From the NCBI RefSeq assembly GCF_035084215.1, contig NC_090328.1, forward strand, positions 105,524,001-105,588,000: a stretch of DNA of 64,000 nt. Reading direction: 5' to 3'. Below are positions 11,111 through 24,197 of the stretch, piece by piece. The notes under the pieces are model-generated. The model did no database searches, was not told the origin of the DNA, and saw only the letters and a list, made by a program, of their open reading frames with translations. The translations under genes and the position numbers were made by a program. Each line of letters starts with the position of its first letter. Within the stretch, counting starts at the first letter, position 1. This stretch comes from Heptranchias perlo (taxonomy: Eukaryota).

Positions 11111-13563
11111 CTTGAATCCTCCTCATAGGAATATCTACAGCAGGATGGTAATGAGCCCTCTAACAAGTACAGCTGTACAAACAGTCACTGACAAAAGGGA
11201 CAGTACAGCTTTGCATATCTATCAGGAAGGCTCTAACTAGTTTAAATAACTTTTTGTAACAAGACCAAGGCAGTGCACACGAGATAATAACAGCAACGTA
11301 CTTTTAACAACAAGGGCCCAACTGAAGCGGATAAGCCTTCCAGACAGAATTCTTTTAAGACAAATGCTGAACCTATCCAACGCTGCCATCATTACTATAA
11401 GTAGGGCTGCCTCATTTAAATGAATTTGCAGCGTGCAATGTACTTTGTGCAAAGTCACTACATAGGCTCCAAGATGTCACTGCACATCACAGCTGCATTA
11501 TGCAACTACCGTTATATTATTGGCCCAAAATGTCCCTTTGTGCACATGTGACATAATTTTCTATGGTCCATCATTGTTGTTCCTAAACGCAAATGATCAA
11601 GATCTCCCTTTCTTTAAGGCCAGTCAGTGCCACATTAGATGTTTTCTCTCCTTCCAGCCCCACAAAAACACTGTGGGTTCAACACCCTCATTCTTGCCTC
11701 CTCACGTGCAGCTGCCTCCAGCGCCCCAGCTGGCCGACCTTCCTGTGGTCCAAAACCGGTGAGCTGCCCCATGATGCCAGTTTGGTGTCTACAGCTCGCT
11801 GGTCAGATTCAAATGAAGCCCAGGCCTCAAGATGGGCCCGGAGCCAGTTTGCCACTTGAACAGGTGGTTGGCCAGCACGCTCCACCCAAAAGTCAAAATC
11901 TACTCCCATAACTGATATAAACAGGGGTATAGGGGAAATTGGGAGATTTCTTGCGTGTCCTCATGAATGGTTCCATTCTGCTGTCTTATCGCCGCAGCCC
12001 CTTTTTCCACGATAATCCTGAGGAATCTCCTGCTCTTTCAGGGGGAGCCAGTCCACCCCTGGGTATAAATAGAGCACTGTGGGACAATTCAGCTGTGGAT
12101 TTCTGTAGGAAATGGAGGGTGAGAGTACAGAAAGTAGAAATCAATATGTATTGGGTCAAGATAATTGTAACTGGTAAATTGGAAAATTTGTATGTTCATG
12201 ATACCAAAGTGACAGAAAAAATGCCTCCTACATCAATTTGCTGGGTTTCCACCTGACAGGCACCCAAAAAGGGGATTGTTCAGAGAAAGTGGGTTTTAGA
12301 AGTTGCAGCCTGGACTTTCAGATTGCAGTGTCTGAAAAGAGGCTGCGAGTGACTTCTGCAGACCTGCGGCAAGGTAAGTTTGACACTCACTTAGGCCTTA
12401 AGCAGGAATAATGAGGCTGATGACCATCTGGCTGCAGTCTTTTACAGCAGCTGGAAGGCCCAAGAGCCAGCTGAATTTGCAGTGCTCACTCATGCTCCCT
12501 TCCCTGATCTGGGCTGCCCTTTTACTACCAGGGACCTTTTCCTGCCTGGTTCAGGTGCGGTCCAGTCAGACTAATTACAAACATACACAGTCCGACTAAT
12601 GTTGGTGGGGAGGAGAAGAATTATCCCCATCATCTCATTATTTAGAGGCACCAAATTCATGAAGAAGGCCTCGTGAAATCTTAGTTTGGGGAGGGAGAAA
12701 AGCCAGATTCGCTATTTATCATTTTTATCAAAGTAATGTCACGTGCAAGCGATGTTATGATGCATTTTGTTGTGCTTTATGTCATTGTGTCTTTGTAAAG
12801 AGGTTTGCCAGATAGGCTGTGATGGAAATGGTACCTACTTAACAAGAACTTCCATGAATGGTAATTGATTAGCATCACCAGATCAATTTGGTTACCTAAA
12901 GTGAGCCATTTCTCATTAATAAAGTCAATTTCAATTCTTGAGGGTTGGATATGAATTTTCTTTAGAACACAAGAGGGAAAAGTGTCCCTCTGCACACAAT
13001 GGCATTTTCTATGTTCTGTCATTGAAGTACAAAGTCCCAAGTGTTGTTGCATAACTAACTACAATGTGCGTCAAATTTATATTTACCCACATTGTGCATT
13101 TACCCGAGACTGCAGCAGTAATACTGCACAGTGATTATTACTTGGTTAATAAAAATAAAGCCTATTTGAACTTAAATCTCTCTATTACATATCCTTCTGA
13201 TCTTAAAGTCTTACAAAACCCTTTGATGTGCAATCGTACAAAGGAATGAAAAGAAAAAGGAATATATATCCAGCAGCAGCATGCCATTTTTTCCCTAAAG
13301 CAGCTTCGACCCAGATAAGGAATGTTTTCCTTTACGTCAGCCAACTGCGAGCAGTTCTGTGCTGTAGACATAGCGATGAAAGACTGCGACAACTCATTTT
13401 ATTTGTGACCCTTACTGGCATTCAGTTAGCCCAGGCCCACCTGTTCTTTTTCTAATTCAAATCAGTTCTTAGGCAACACTGAAAAATAAGCAGTATTCCA
13501 ATAACAGAATAAAACTCTATAACAGTCTTCACATATTGAGAACCATCTCAAATTGCTTTACAT

Positions 13564-13936
13564 AGAAAGAAGGAAAGAAAGAACTTGCATTTATATAACA
13601 CCTTTTGTGGTCTCAGGATGTCCCAATATGCTTTATCATCAATGAAGTACTTTTGAAGTGTAGTCACTGTTGTAATGTAGAAAACACATCAGCCAATTTG
13701 CACACAGCAAGGTCCCACAAACAGTGATGTTGGTTGAGGGATAAATATTGGTCAGAATACTAGGGAGAACTCCCTGCTCTTCTTTGAATAATTCCAAATC
13801 TTCAAAATCATGGGATTTTTTACTCCCTTAGTACTGCTGTACCAGCCTAGATTATGTATTCAAGTTTTGGAGTGGGGCTTGAATTCACAATGTTCTGACT
13901 GAGAGGCAAGAGTGCTACCACTGAGCCTCAGCTGAC
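13564..13936 (-). mobile_element. Deu-domain SINE with tRNA-like head and internal deletion
   Basis: Reverse complement of the head GGCTCAGTGGTAGCACTC and of the shared tail. Confidence 0.85.
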
Positions 13937-13994
13937 AGTGGACATTGAGTGGACAAATAGGCAGAGAAAGGAGAGAGGCGTGAGGAGGGCATTT

Positions 13995-15115
13995 TATGTG
14001 GCGCCTTTTGAAAATTCAAATATACTGGTTCTCTTTTATCTACCCTGTTAGTTACAGCCCAGGCCCACCTGTTCTTTTTCTAATTCAACACTGAAAAATC
14101 AGCAGTATTCCAATAACAGAATAAAACTCTATAACAGTCTTCACTGGTTCTCTTTTATCTACCCTGTTAGTTACATCCTCAAAAAACTCTGATAAATTTG
14201 TCAGACACGATTTCCCTTTCATAAAGCCATGTTGACTCTGCCGAATCATATGATTTTCTAAATGCCCTGTTACCACTTCCTTAATAATGGAGTCTAGCAC
14301 TTTCCTGATGACTGATTTCAGACTAACTGACTTGTAGTTCCCTGTTTTCTCTCTCCCTCCCTTCTTGAATAGCGGGGTAACATTTGCTACCTTCCAATCC
14401 ACTGGGACCGTTCTAGAATCTAGAGAATTTTGGAAGATCATAACCAATGCATCCACTATCTCTGCAGCCACCTCTTTTAGAACCCTCGGATGTAGGCCAA
14501 CAGGTCCAGGGAATTTGTTGGCTTTTAGTCCCATTAGTTTGTCCAGTACTTTTCCTCTAGTTCTCACTCTCATTTATCCCTTGATTCCCCACTATTTTTG
14601 GTATGGTTTTTGTGTCTTCTACTGTGAAGACAGATACAAAATATTTGTTTAAAGTCTGCCATTTCCTGATTCCCCATTATAATTTCGCCTGCCTCAGCCT
14701 CTAAGGGACCAACATTACTTTTGCTACTCTCTTCCTTTTTATATATTTGTAGAAGCTCTTACAATCCATTTTTATATTTCTTGCTAGTTTACTTTCACAT
14801 TCTATTTTCTCCCTTTTTATCAATTTTTTAGTCGTCCTTTGTTGGTTTCTAAAACTCTCCCAATCCCCAGGCTTATTACTCTTCTTGGCAACATTATAAG
14901 CCTCTTCTTTCAATCTAATACTCTCCTTAACTTCTTTAGTTAGCCATTGGTGGGTCACTCTTCCCATGGAGTTTTTATTTTTAAATGGAATGTATATTTG
15001 TTGAGGATATTGAAATATTTCTTTAAATGTTTGCCATTGCTTTTCAACTGTCAAACCTTTTAATTTAGTTTCCCAATCTACCTTTGACAACTCATCCCTC
15101 ATACCTATGTAATTG
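13995..15115 (-). mobile_element. CR1 LINE ORF2 internal fragment
   Basis: ORFs 14085-14573 (QHGFMKGKSCLTNL) and 14701-15132. Confidence 0.9.
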
Positions 15116-15121
15116 TCTGTA

Positions 15122-16310
15122 ACTGCAGACAAGTATTATTCACCAGTATAATGCATCATTGCAGACCAGTATTATCCACTAGTATAATGCACCATTGCAG
15201 ACCAGTATTATCCACCAGTATAATGCACCATTACAGACCAGTATTATCCACCAGAATAATGCACCATTGCAGACCAGTATTATCCACCAGTATAATGCAC
15301 TATTACAGACCAGTATTATCCACCAGTTTAATGCACCATTGGCGACCAGTATTATCTACCAGTATAACACATCATTACAGACCAGTATTATCCACCAGTA
15401 TAGTGCACCATTGGTGACCAGTATTATCTACCAGTATAACACATCATTACAGACCAGTATTATCCACCAGTATAGTGCACCATTGGTGACCAGTATTATC
15501 TACCAGTATAACACATCATTACAGACCAGTATTATCCACCAGTATAGTGCACCATTGCAGACCAGTATTATCCACCAGAATAATGCACCATTGCAGACCA
15601 GTATTATCCACCAGTATAATGCACTATTACAGACCAGTATTATCCACCAGTATAATGCACCATTGCAGACCAGTATTATCCACCAGTTTAATGCACCATT
15701 GCAGACCAGTATTATCTACCAGTATAACACATCATTACAGACCAGTATTATCCACCAGTATAGTGCACCATTGCAGACCAGTATTATCTACCAGTATAAA
15801 GCACCATTGCAGTATTATCACCAGTATTATGCACCACAAAACTCTAGGATTATGCACCACGACACAGCACCATTGCACACCCGTATTGTTCAGCAGCATA
15901 ATGCGACGCTGCACACCAGTATTATTTACAAGTATAGTGCTCCATTGCAGACCAGTATTATCCACCACTATAATGTATGACAGCACACCAGTACTATGCA
16001 CCATTATAATGCAGCACTGCACACTAGTATTATCCGCTAATATTATGCACCATTACATACTAGTATTATCACCAGTATTACGCACCACAGTACTCTAGGA
16101 TTATCCACCACATCACAGCAGTATTATCCACCAGTATAATGCTCTATTGCACACCAATATTATCCACCATTATAACACACCACTGCACACCAGTATTATC
16201 CACCAGTATAATAACCACTATACCAGTATTTGGCACCAGTATTACAAAGCAGTATTGTAAAAGAATAGTAAAGACCACAACAAACCAATATTATAGACCA
16301 GTATAATGCA
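15122..16310. repeat. 36-bp minisatellite (CCAGTATTATCCACCAGTATAATGCACCATTGCAGA), degenerating rightwards
   Basis: 12-aa periodicity in the overlapping ORFs; direct inspection. Confidence 0.95.
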
Positions 16311-17121
16311 TCAATATTTTTAGAAGTATTTACTTCAATTTGCAAACAGGTAATATCGTCCAAGAGTCATTCTTTTATCTTGTCATAATAAAATGCACTA
16401 TTGCCTAGTACAAAAACAAAGAGACAAAGCCTTTAAGAAATTAATTTATGCGAATATCTTTCTTGGTAATAAGGCTCATTGCTAATTTCAGAGGCTAGGA
16501 TCGAAGTTATATTATTTTCATGAGACAGAAATAAGTAAAGAATAATTATGTGAATAATCATTGTCAAAATTCTTTGTTAAATTGTCAGATTAAATGTGAT
16601 TTCCTTCTTAATTGTGCAGGGCAAGCTGCGTTAATTCCGTGGTGGCTGCAACATGCACTCTCAGACTCAGTACTGTCTCTCTGACTGTTAAAGTTCCTTT
16701 ACTCACTGCAGGAATGAGACTCATCCACAGTTAATGTTCTCCACTTAACAGTTTCTATAATCTTATGAGCTGGTGAGCTTGCTGGAAAATCCAATCTTAC
16801 AGGTTCAAAATTGGATTTGCATCTTTACTGCTGTACATCTGGCCTCATGGTGGCTTATATATGTTCTTATTGACTGCCATTATGCAGGTTTGGTGTTTGC
16901 TTTTAATGTGCATCTCTGTGTTAGCATTAGAGAAACTCCATTTTGTACTCATGCTGAATTTTCACAAAAATTATTGATAGGAGAAATTTTTATTGCTCCC
17001 GCACTTGATTACAAAATGACAGATCTGTTCTGGAATAGTGCCATTTAACGACAGCCTGCAAAAATACAAGACATAACTACAACCAGTTGTAAAAGGGTCC
17101 TATCTGTGAAAAAAACACAAT

Positions 17122-18574
17122 GGGCTCAATTTTGAAAGGGCGGCGGGATGAAACCGGGGCGGGGGGGTTTCCCACTGTTTCCCACGCGATTGCAAGTTAA
17201 TTGGTGGCCCTCTATGTGGCTTCTGGGTTTGCCGTCCAAAAGCTGCGCAGTGGGCGGGCTGTGCACCAGCATGACAGGCTATCAGCGGAGCGGCTCTATT
17301 TAAAGGGCCATTGCTCCAATGGCTTTAGCTGCAGCAAACACCAAGAACGCACAATATGAAGCATCACAGGGGCAAGGCTGCTCCAAGCTACAATGATGCC
17401 TCTGTGCAGCAGCTACTGGCCGGGTTGAGGAGGTGGAGTGAAGTCTTTTACCCCAAGGATGGGAGGAAGTGCCCTGCCTCTGCCACCAAGAAGGTCTGGC
17501 TCGAGGTGGCAGAGGAGGTCACCAGCAGCAGCAACATCTCCCGTACCTGGGCCCAGTGCAGGAAGCGCTTCAATGACCTAACTAGGTCAGCCAAAGCGAG
17601 TACACATTTTGATTCTTCAGCATTCTGTGTTCCACATCACCACCCCCACCACCCCCCCCAAACTAATTCTGCATTGCCAAGACTATTCCATCACATCACT
17701 CCTCACACCCACTTAAGGCTCATCCTCAACTTACCTGCACCTCCTCACCTCCTCATTTGTGACCCCACCGCTACCACTCACCCCAATCCTCATCCAATGT
17801 GATGGCTCTGTCTCATACTCACCCTCTGATACATCTCTTTCATGGTCAGCCTCACCCAAAGCAATGCATCCATCGGCTGACCACTTCACCATCACTCACT
17901 CACACGTCTGTACTTTCTCCCCTTCTAGGAGAAGCGAGCTCAGAATGCACGGGAGAGGGTGAGGACTGGAGGGGGGCCGCAACAAATAGTGATCCTCACA
18001 GATGTGGAGCAGAAGGCGCTGCAGATCAGCCGCACCCTCGAGTGCCTGTCTGTCGGCACTGAGACTGGCACCCCACAAACGTCTGGTGATACAACTTTAA
18101 CATTCATCACATGTTAATAATGATTGGCACGTTGAACTCCTCAGTACGCTCATCGCAAAATAACACCTGAGTGCCCTGCTGCAATAACTCACCTTTTATC
18201 CCCATCTGTCAAACAGGCATTTGAACATCTGACTGGCTGCTGCATGAAACATGTCTCCTTGAACATGGAGTGTTTCCCACAGCACAGGAAACAGGCTGAG
18301 GTTGAATTAAAATCGCGCCCCCGCCTCAATCTCCTCAAAATTAACAAGTTAAACAACATTAACTATATCAATAAGTGGTTTAAGTATCGTCCAGCTGGCA
18401 ATTAAAGCTGGAGGGACTTCCGGATTCATGAAGCACGCAAGCACACAGGTGCGTCTGTGGCAACCCCGGAAGTCTGCGGATTGGAGCCGACTTCCGAGCC
18501 CGCTCAGGATTTTCGCCAGTTTTGCAGCCTCTCCATTCCCAGCGCACCCGCAATTTGATTTTAAAATTGAGCCC
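17122..18574 (+). mobile_element. Non-autonomous PIF/Harbinger element (family B) with Myb/SANT exons and no nuclease
   Basis: TIRs GGGCTCAATTTT...AAAATTGAGCCC; 3-bp TSD AAT on both sides; right end similar to 51370-51556. Confidence 0.85.
17356..18085 (+). CDS. Harbinger Myb/SANT-like DNA-binding protein, exon 1 17356-17595 and exon 2 17929-about 18085 (predicted)
   Basis: W..VAEEV...RTWAQCRKRFNDL trihelix motif; phase-0 intron GCGAGT...CCTTCTAG joins in frame to EKRAQNARERVRTGGGP; TATTTAAA at 17297. Confidence 0.6.
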
Positions 18575-19044
18575 AATATTTTTTTAATTGTTTGGGACGG
18601 AAGATGAAAAAAGCTGTGCATAATTTCTGTCACAATAATATCATGAAAAAGCAGCAGGATGATGGTTTAGGATGTTATTCGGCAATTTTCTTTCAGGAAG
18701 ATGGGGAAACCAGATTTCTTCAAAAGGTATTTTCATTTCCAGATTCTCCCAGACTCTCAAAGAATTATCCCTTTATGTAGCAACCTTCATTTAAGAGGAT
18801 GCATTGGACCAGATCTGTGGAACTCTTGCATTACAGATGACCAGATTGGATCCACAGCCCCATGGCCATTTAGAGACAATACAGATATAAATGCAGAGAA
18901 GGCAAAATATTCATCTGTCACGTGGGGGGGGGGTCGCTGGAGAGAGAAAGAGACATTAATCACGATGATTTCTTCATTTCAAAACAAATTCCACTTTGCC
19001 CTTGACTTCATGTTTCGTTGCACCGTTCATTAGGGTCGTAATAT

Positions 19045-19482
19045 GTGTTAGCACTCTAGTCTCTGAGTCAGAAGGTCGTGGCTTCCAGCCCCACTCCAGA
19101 GATTTGAGCACATATTTTAGGCTGACACTTCAGTGCAGAACTGAGGGAGTGCTGCATTATCGGAGGAGCCGTATTTTAGATGAGATGTTACATCGAGGCC
19201 CTGTCTGCCCTCACTGGTGGACGTAAAGGATCCCATGGCTCTATTCGCAGAAGAGCAGGGGAGTTCTTCGAGTGTTCTGGCCAATATTTATCCCTCAACC
19301 AAGATTACTAAAACAGATTATCTGGCTATGTCTCTCACTGTTATTTGTGGCACCTTGCTGTGCGCAAATTCACTGATGCGTTTCCCTGCATTACAACAGT
19401 GACTACATTTCATTGTCTGTGAAGTTCTTTGGGACATCCTGAGGTCATGAAAGGTGCTATATAAATGCAAGCCCTTTGCTTC
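19045..19482 (+). mobile_element. Deu-domain SINE, near full length
   Basis: tRNA-like head, central CTGAGGGAGTGCTGCA...GGTGGACGTAAAGGATCCCATGG, L2-like tail. Confidence 0.85.
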
Positions 19483-20282
19483 CTTCACTTAATAGAGATT
19501 TCTGTTCCTGCTATGGAAGTTGAATCTATGTTAATGTATCGGGCTCATTAATTTCAATTTCATCCAAGAGATCTTACAGCAATTTCTTGCTGTTTTTATT
19601 CCATTTTGGTTTCTTCATCTGAGTTAGAATGATGTTTGTGTACATTTTCACTGTCTATTTCATCGTGCTGTGCTTGCTTTTCTTTTCAGTGTTACGAGGT
19701 GTTCCCAGTTCAAATTCTTCCTCATTACCATGGCTGAAACAAGGCCTTGACTTGCACTGGCAGGCCGATGCATCTTTCTTGCCTTTATAAATGAAACCCA
19801 CAATGATGGCACAAGGAATGCCAACTAGTTGCAACACATTGCATACCATGAAGATTTCATAGAAATGCCGACAGTAAATTGTATTACAGTACATAGAGAT
19901 CGACAAGCTTGGTCAGATTTTTTTAACAACAGTATTGACATGGTTGAGTTCGTAAGCCATTAATAATTTTCTGAATGCATAGGTACTTTGTCTCAAACCA
20001 ATGGCTTCAAACACACCCTGAAATTTCTATGATTTTTTTAATTGTATCACTCCTTCTGTCAAAAGAATGTGCCTTAGATCACCTGATAGAACAAAGTAAT
20101 AACAGATGTTCTTCTGGAGCTCGTCAGTTCCGCTATTTGACCAGTAAAAACCAATGAAAAAAAGTTGGGCTTGCGCTTGCAGATGTTCACCGGGATGTTG
20201 CAGTGAATAGTAGCAAAGTTATTGATAGACTAGTGACACATGACCGTCGACTGGACTTCATGCCCCGGTGCAGATGGATTTT

Positions 20283-20510
20283 TAAAAAAATTATTCCTCG
20301 GGATATGAGCGTCGTTAGCAAGGCCAGCTTTTATTGCCCATCACTAGTTGCCCTTGAGAAGGTGGGCCTTCTTCTTGAATCGCTGCAGCTCATGTGGTGA
20401 AGGTATTCCTACAGTGCTGTTAGATAGGGAGTGCCATGATTTTGACCCAGTGACGATGAAAAATGGCAACATATGTCCAAGTCGGAATGGTATATGACTT
20501 GGAGGATTGC
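20283..20510 (-). mobile_element. CR1-group family 2 3' end
   Basis: Matches 1541-1770. Confidence 0.8.
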
Positions 20511-22030
20511 ACCCATGGACACTCAAAGGAACTAAGAAGGAGATAGCAGAGGCACTAGTATCCATATATAAAAATACAACAGAAAAAGGAATAGTGCTAG
20601 AGGATTGGCGTACAGCAAATGTAATTCCTATCTTCAAAGCAGGAGATAGAACTAATCCAGGGAACTAAACACCAGTTTGCTTAATGTCAGTGGTAGGAAA
20701 GATACTAGAATCTTTGCTAAAAGATCAGATTACAAAACATCCAGAGACAGAGAATATAATTTAAAATATTCAGCGCGAATTTCTAAAAGGAAAGTCATGT
20801 TTAGCCAACATTATTGAACTTTTGGAAGAAATAACAAAAGAGTAGACAAGGGCAATGCCCTAGATATGGTATAAATGGACTTTCAGAAGGCCTTCGATAA
20901 AGTGCCACATAAGGGCGTGTGGAGTCAGGGTCCAGGCAGCAGAATGATTGAAAGGTGGCTACAAAAGAGAAAACAGAGGGTAAGAGTTAAAGGAAGTTTC
21001 TCAGGCTGGCAGAAAGTGGGAAGTGGTGTCCTGCAGGGATCCATGCTGGGACCATTGATGTTCACCACATACTTAAATGATTTGGACTCAGAAATTGGAG
21101 GTATTGTGTCAAAATTTGCAGATGACACCAAATTTAGTGGTATACTTAATAATGCAGAAGACTGCACCAAAGTACAGGAAGACATAAATAGGCTTGTAGA
21201 GTGGGTGGATCAGTGGTAAATAAAATTCAATACAGCGAAGTGTAAGTGGTTCATTTTGGTAAGAGGAATAGGAAGTGACTTATTCCTTAAAAGGTTAGAA
21301 ACTAAATGGGGTAGAGGAGCAAAGAGATCTGGGAATCACTAAAGTAGCAACGTAACTTGATAAGGTCATAAATAGTGCAAACAATGTGCTGGGGTTCATA
21401 TCTAGAGAAATAGAATACAAAAGCAGGGAATTAGTTTTAAATTTATATAGAACATTGGTTAGACCACATTTGAAGTATTGTATACATTTCTGGTTTCCAT
21501 ACTACAAAGAGGAAATTGAAGTACTGGAGAAAGTGCAGAAATGATATACAAGGATGTTACCAGAACTGAGAGGATGCAACTATCAGGAAAGATTGAGCAG
21601 GCTGGGGCTCTTTCCTCTGAAAAACAGACTAAGAGGAGACCTGATAGAGGTCTTTAAAATTATGAAAGGATTCGATAGGGGTAGATGTGGAGAAACTGTT
21701 TCCATTTGTGGGTGAGTCCTGAACTAGGGATATAAATATAAATATAAAATAGCCTCTAACAGATCAAATGAAGAATTTAGGAGGAATTTCTTTACACAGA
21801 GCGGTGAGAATGTGGAACTCGCTGTCACATGGTGTGGTTGAAGCAGATAGCATTGACATATTTAAGGGGAGGCTTGATGCATACATCAGGGAGGAGGGAT
21901 TAGAGGGATATGGGGGTATGGTGGGAAGAGGTAATTAGATTGTGAGGAGGCTCATGTGGAGTATAAACATTAGCATATACCATTTGGGCCATTAGGCCTG
22001 TTACAGCGTTGTAGATTGTATTTAATTCTA
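20510..22030 (+). mobile_element. CR1 LINE, decayed 3' part
   Basis: MDFQKAFDKVPH...GVLQGSMLGP...KFADDTK. Confidence 0.9.
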
Positions 22031-23317
22031 CCTAAGACTGAGTTTTTGTTTCATTTGTTTAATTTGAATTGTTAGATTAATGGAAGTAATAATGTTTCTA
22101 TCTGAACCTTGTTGTGAAATTCTTATTTGAAAAATAGACCTTTTGAAGTAATTTTGTAAGCTCATATCTAAACCAAAAAATATTACCTACTCCACTGTGT
22201 CAAATTTTAAAGGCATAAAGGAATGAAATGAGATAAAGGTGCTATATATGGATTGTGAAAAGTTTACCTTGCCTGATTACATTTTTTGCATCACCTAGAT
22301 ACTGAAGAAGATACATATTTTCCTATTGATCTCGACAATAGCAATATGTTAAAGTACATACAGTTGATAGCATCCAGCACCTTTAGAAGTCTGACAATGC
22401 CAAAACGTATTTGGAGTCTCCAGCTGCATATTCATAAATCCCAGGGAATTACAAGTAACAATGTGCTCTTATTATACTGCATATTCCCTGAACACCATGA
22501 GGTACTGGCATGTATGCTGAGGACTGTCATCACTTTCACTGCTACGGGTAATAGACTGGGGATCACAGTGAAGATTACGTAATGAGATAGTAACCAACAC
22601 AAATTGTGAATTTGATCATTTCATTTTAATTAGACAGCGGCGTTTGATCAAGAGATCAAGAGAGGTCTTTGATGCTGAGGGTTCATTGTTTAAATTGCAA
22701 AAAAGGTTCATTGCATTGATTGATTGGTTGATAGATTAATGAGGAATCGTTAATTGGGTTTGCAGCTTTGCAGACAAGTTTGGCTAATGGTTTGACTGGA
22801 GTGTGCAAATTCAGCCTAGCTCCCAAAGTATTTCTTTGTATTTGAAGCTAGCATTCTCCATTATCAGTTGTGAATTGGAATTTAATATTGTTCAATTAAT
22901 CTGAATATCTCAACTTCAAAACAATGAATGGTAAAAGGAGGAAACTTGCTTTAATTCAGTAGGTCATGTATTTTCCGAGGAGTGGTCAGATGTGAGGCTC
23001 ACTTTTAACTTCCTGTTTGAGGCAAATATTCCAAATCGATAGCTCTAATTTTGTGAGATTGTGTGTCACTAGTGGGGTCTCGCATATAGACTGGAAATTC
23101 AGGAGCACTTTGCCCACAAATTTCTGACCTCTGCAGCTTTTACCTCAATATGTTATGCCATTCCTGAAAGTGGTACAAGAAGATGGAACCAACTGAATTC
23201 ACTTTGCCAGTAACCAGACCTTTGTCTTTCAAAATTAAAGAGGCTTGCACATTTCTTCACCAAAAGTTCTTCTAAAGGGTGTTGATTTATCATGGGTTTT
23301 TCTAATTGCATTTATGA

Positions 23318-23783
23318 TGTCAGCCATGGCTCAGTTGGTAGCACTCTCATCTCTGAGTTAGAAGGTCATTGGTTCAAGCCCCACTCTAGAGAATTGAGCA
23401 CATAAGTCAGGCTGACACCCCAGTACAGTACTGAGGGAGTGCTACATTGGCGGAGGTGCTGTCTTTTGGATTAGACGTTAAACCGAGGCCCTGTCCGCCC
23501 TCTCAGGTGGGCGTCAAAGATCCCCTGGCACTATTTTGAAGAAGAGCAGTGGAGTTCTCCCCAGTGTACTGGCTAATGTTTATCCCTCAACAAATATCAC
23601 TAAAACAGATGATCTGGTCATTGTCACATTGCTGTTTGTGGGACCTTGCTGTGCACAGATTGGCTGCCATGTTTCCTCCTTTGCAACAGTGACTACACTT
23701 CAAAAGTATCTCGTTGACTGTGAAGTGCTTTGGGACGTCCCGAGGTCATGAAAGGCGCAATGTAAATGCAAGTCTTTCTTTTC
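23318..23783 (+). mobile_element. Full-length Deu-domain SINE (SacSINE1-like)
   Basis: A-box-like TGGCTCAGTTGG and B-box-like GGTTCAAGCCC; Deu-type core; tail shared with L2. Confidence 0.9.
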
Positions 23784-23851
23784 TTAATGCTTATATATTT
23801 TACTATAAGTACTTGCTGAATTTTTCTCCTTTATATTGCTATTTAATTGTA

Positions 23852-24197
23852 AGAAATAAAGAAAGAACTTGCACTTATATGGTGCCTTTTCATGACTTCA
23901 GGACATCACAAAGTGCATCACAGCGAATGAAGTCTTTTTCTGATCTGTAGTTATTGTTGCAATGTAGGGCATGTGGCAGCCAATTTGCACAAGGTCCCAC
24001 AAGCAGCAATGAGATAAATGACCAGGTAATCTATTATAGTGATGTTGGTTGAGAGATAAATATTGGCCAGGACACAAAGCAATCTCTTCGAATAGTGCCA
24101 TGGAACTTTTACATCCACTTGACAGGGCATACAGTGCATCGGTTTAATGTCTCAACCAAACAGTGGCATCTCCGACAATGCAGGACTCCCTCAGTGC
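23852..24197 (-). mobile_element. Deu-domain SINE, 5'-truncated, tail-to-tail with the preceding copy
   Basis: Reverse-complement similarity to 23420-23783. Confidence 0.85.

Noticed and set aside
15151-16098. Long repetitive ORFs (261 and 183 aa) or a CRISPR-like array
   Set aside because: Contiguous 36-bp tandem units without unique spacers; the frames are open because the unit is a multiple of 3 and stop-free. Eukaryotic context, no cas genes.
23318-23400. tRNA gene (also 35497-35570 and 13860-13936)
   Set aside because: tRNA-like A/B boxes run directly into SINE bodies; these are SINE heads.
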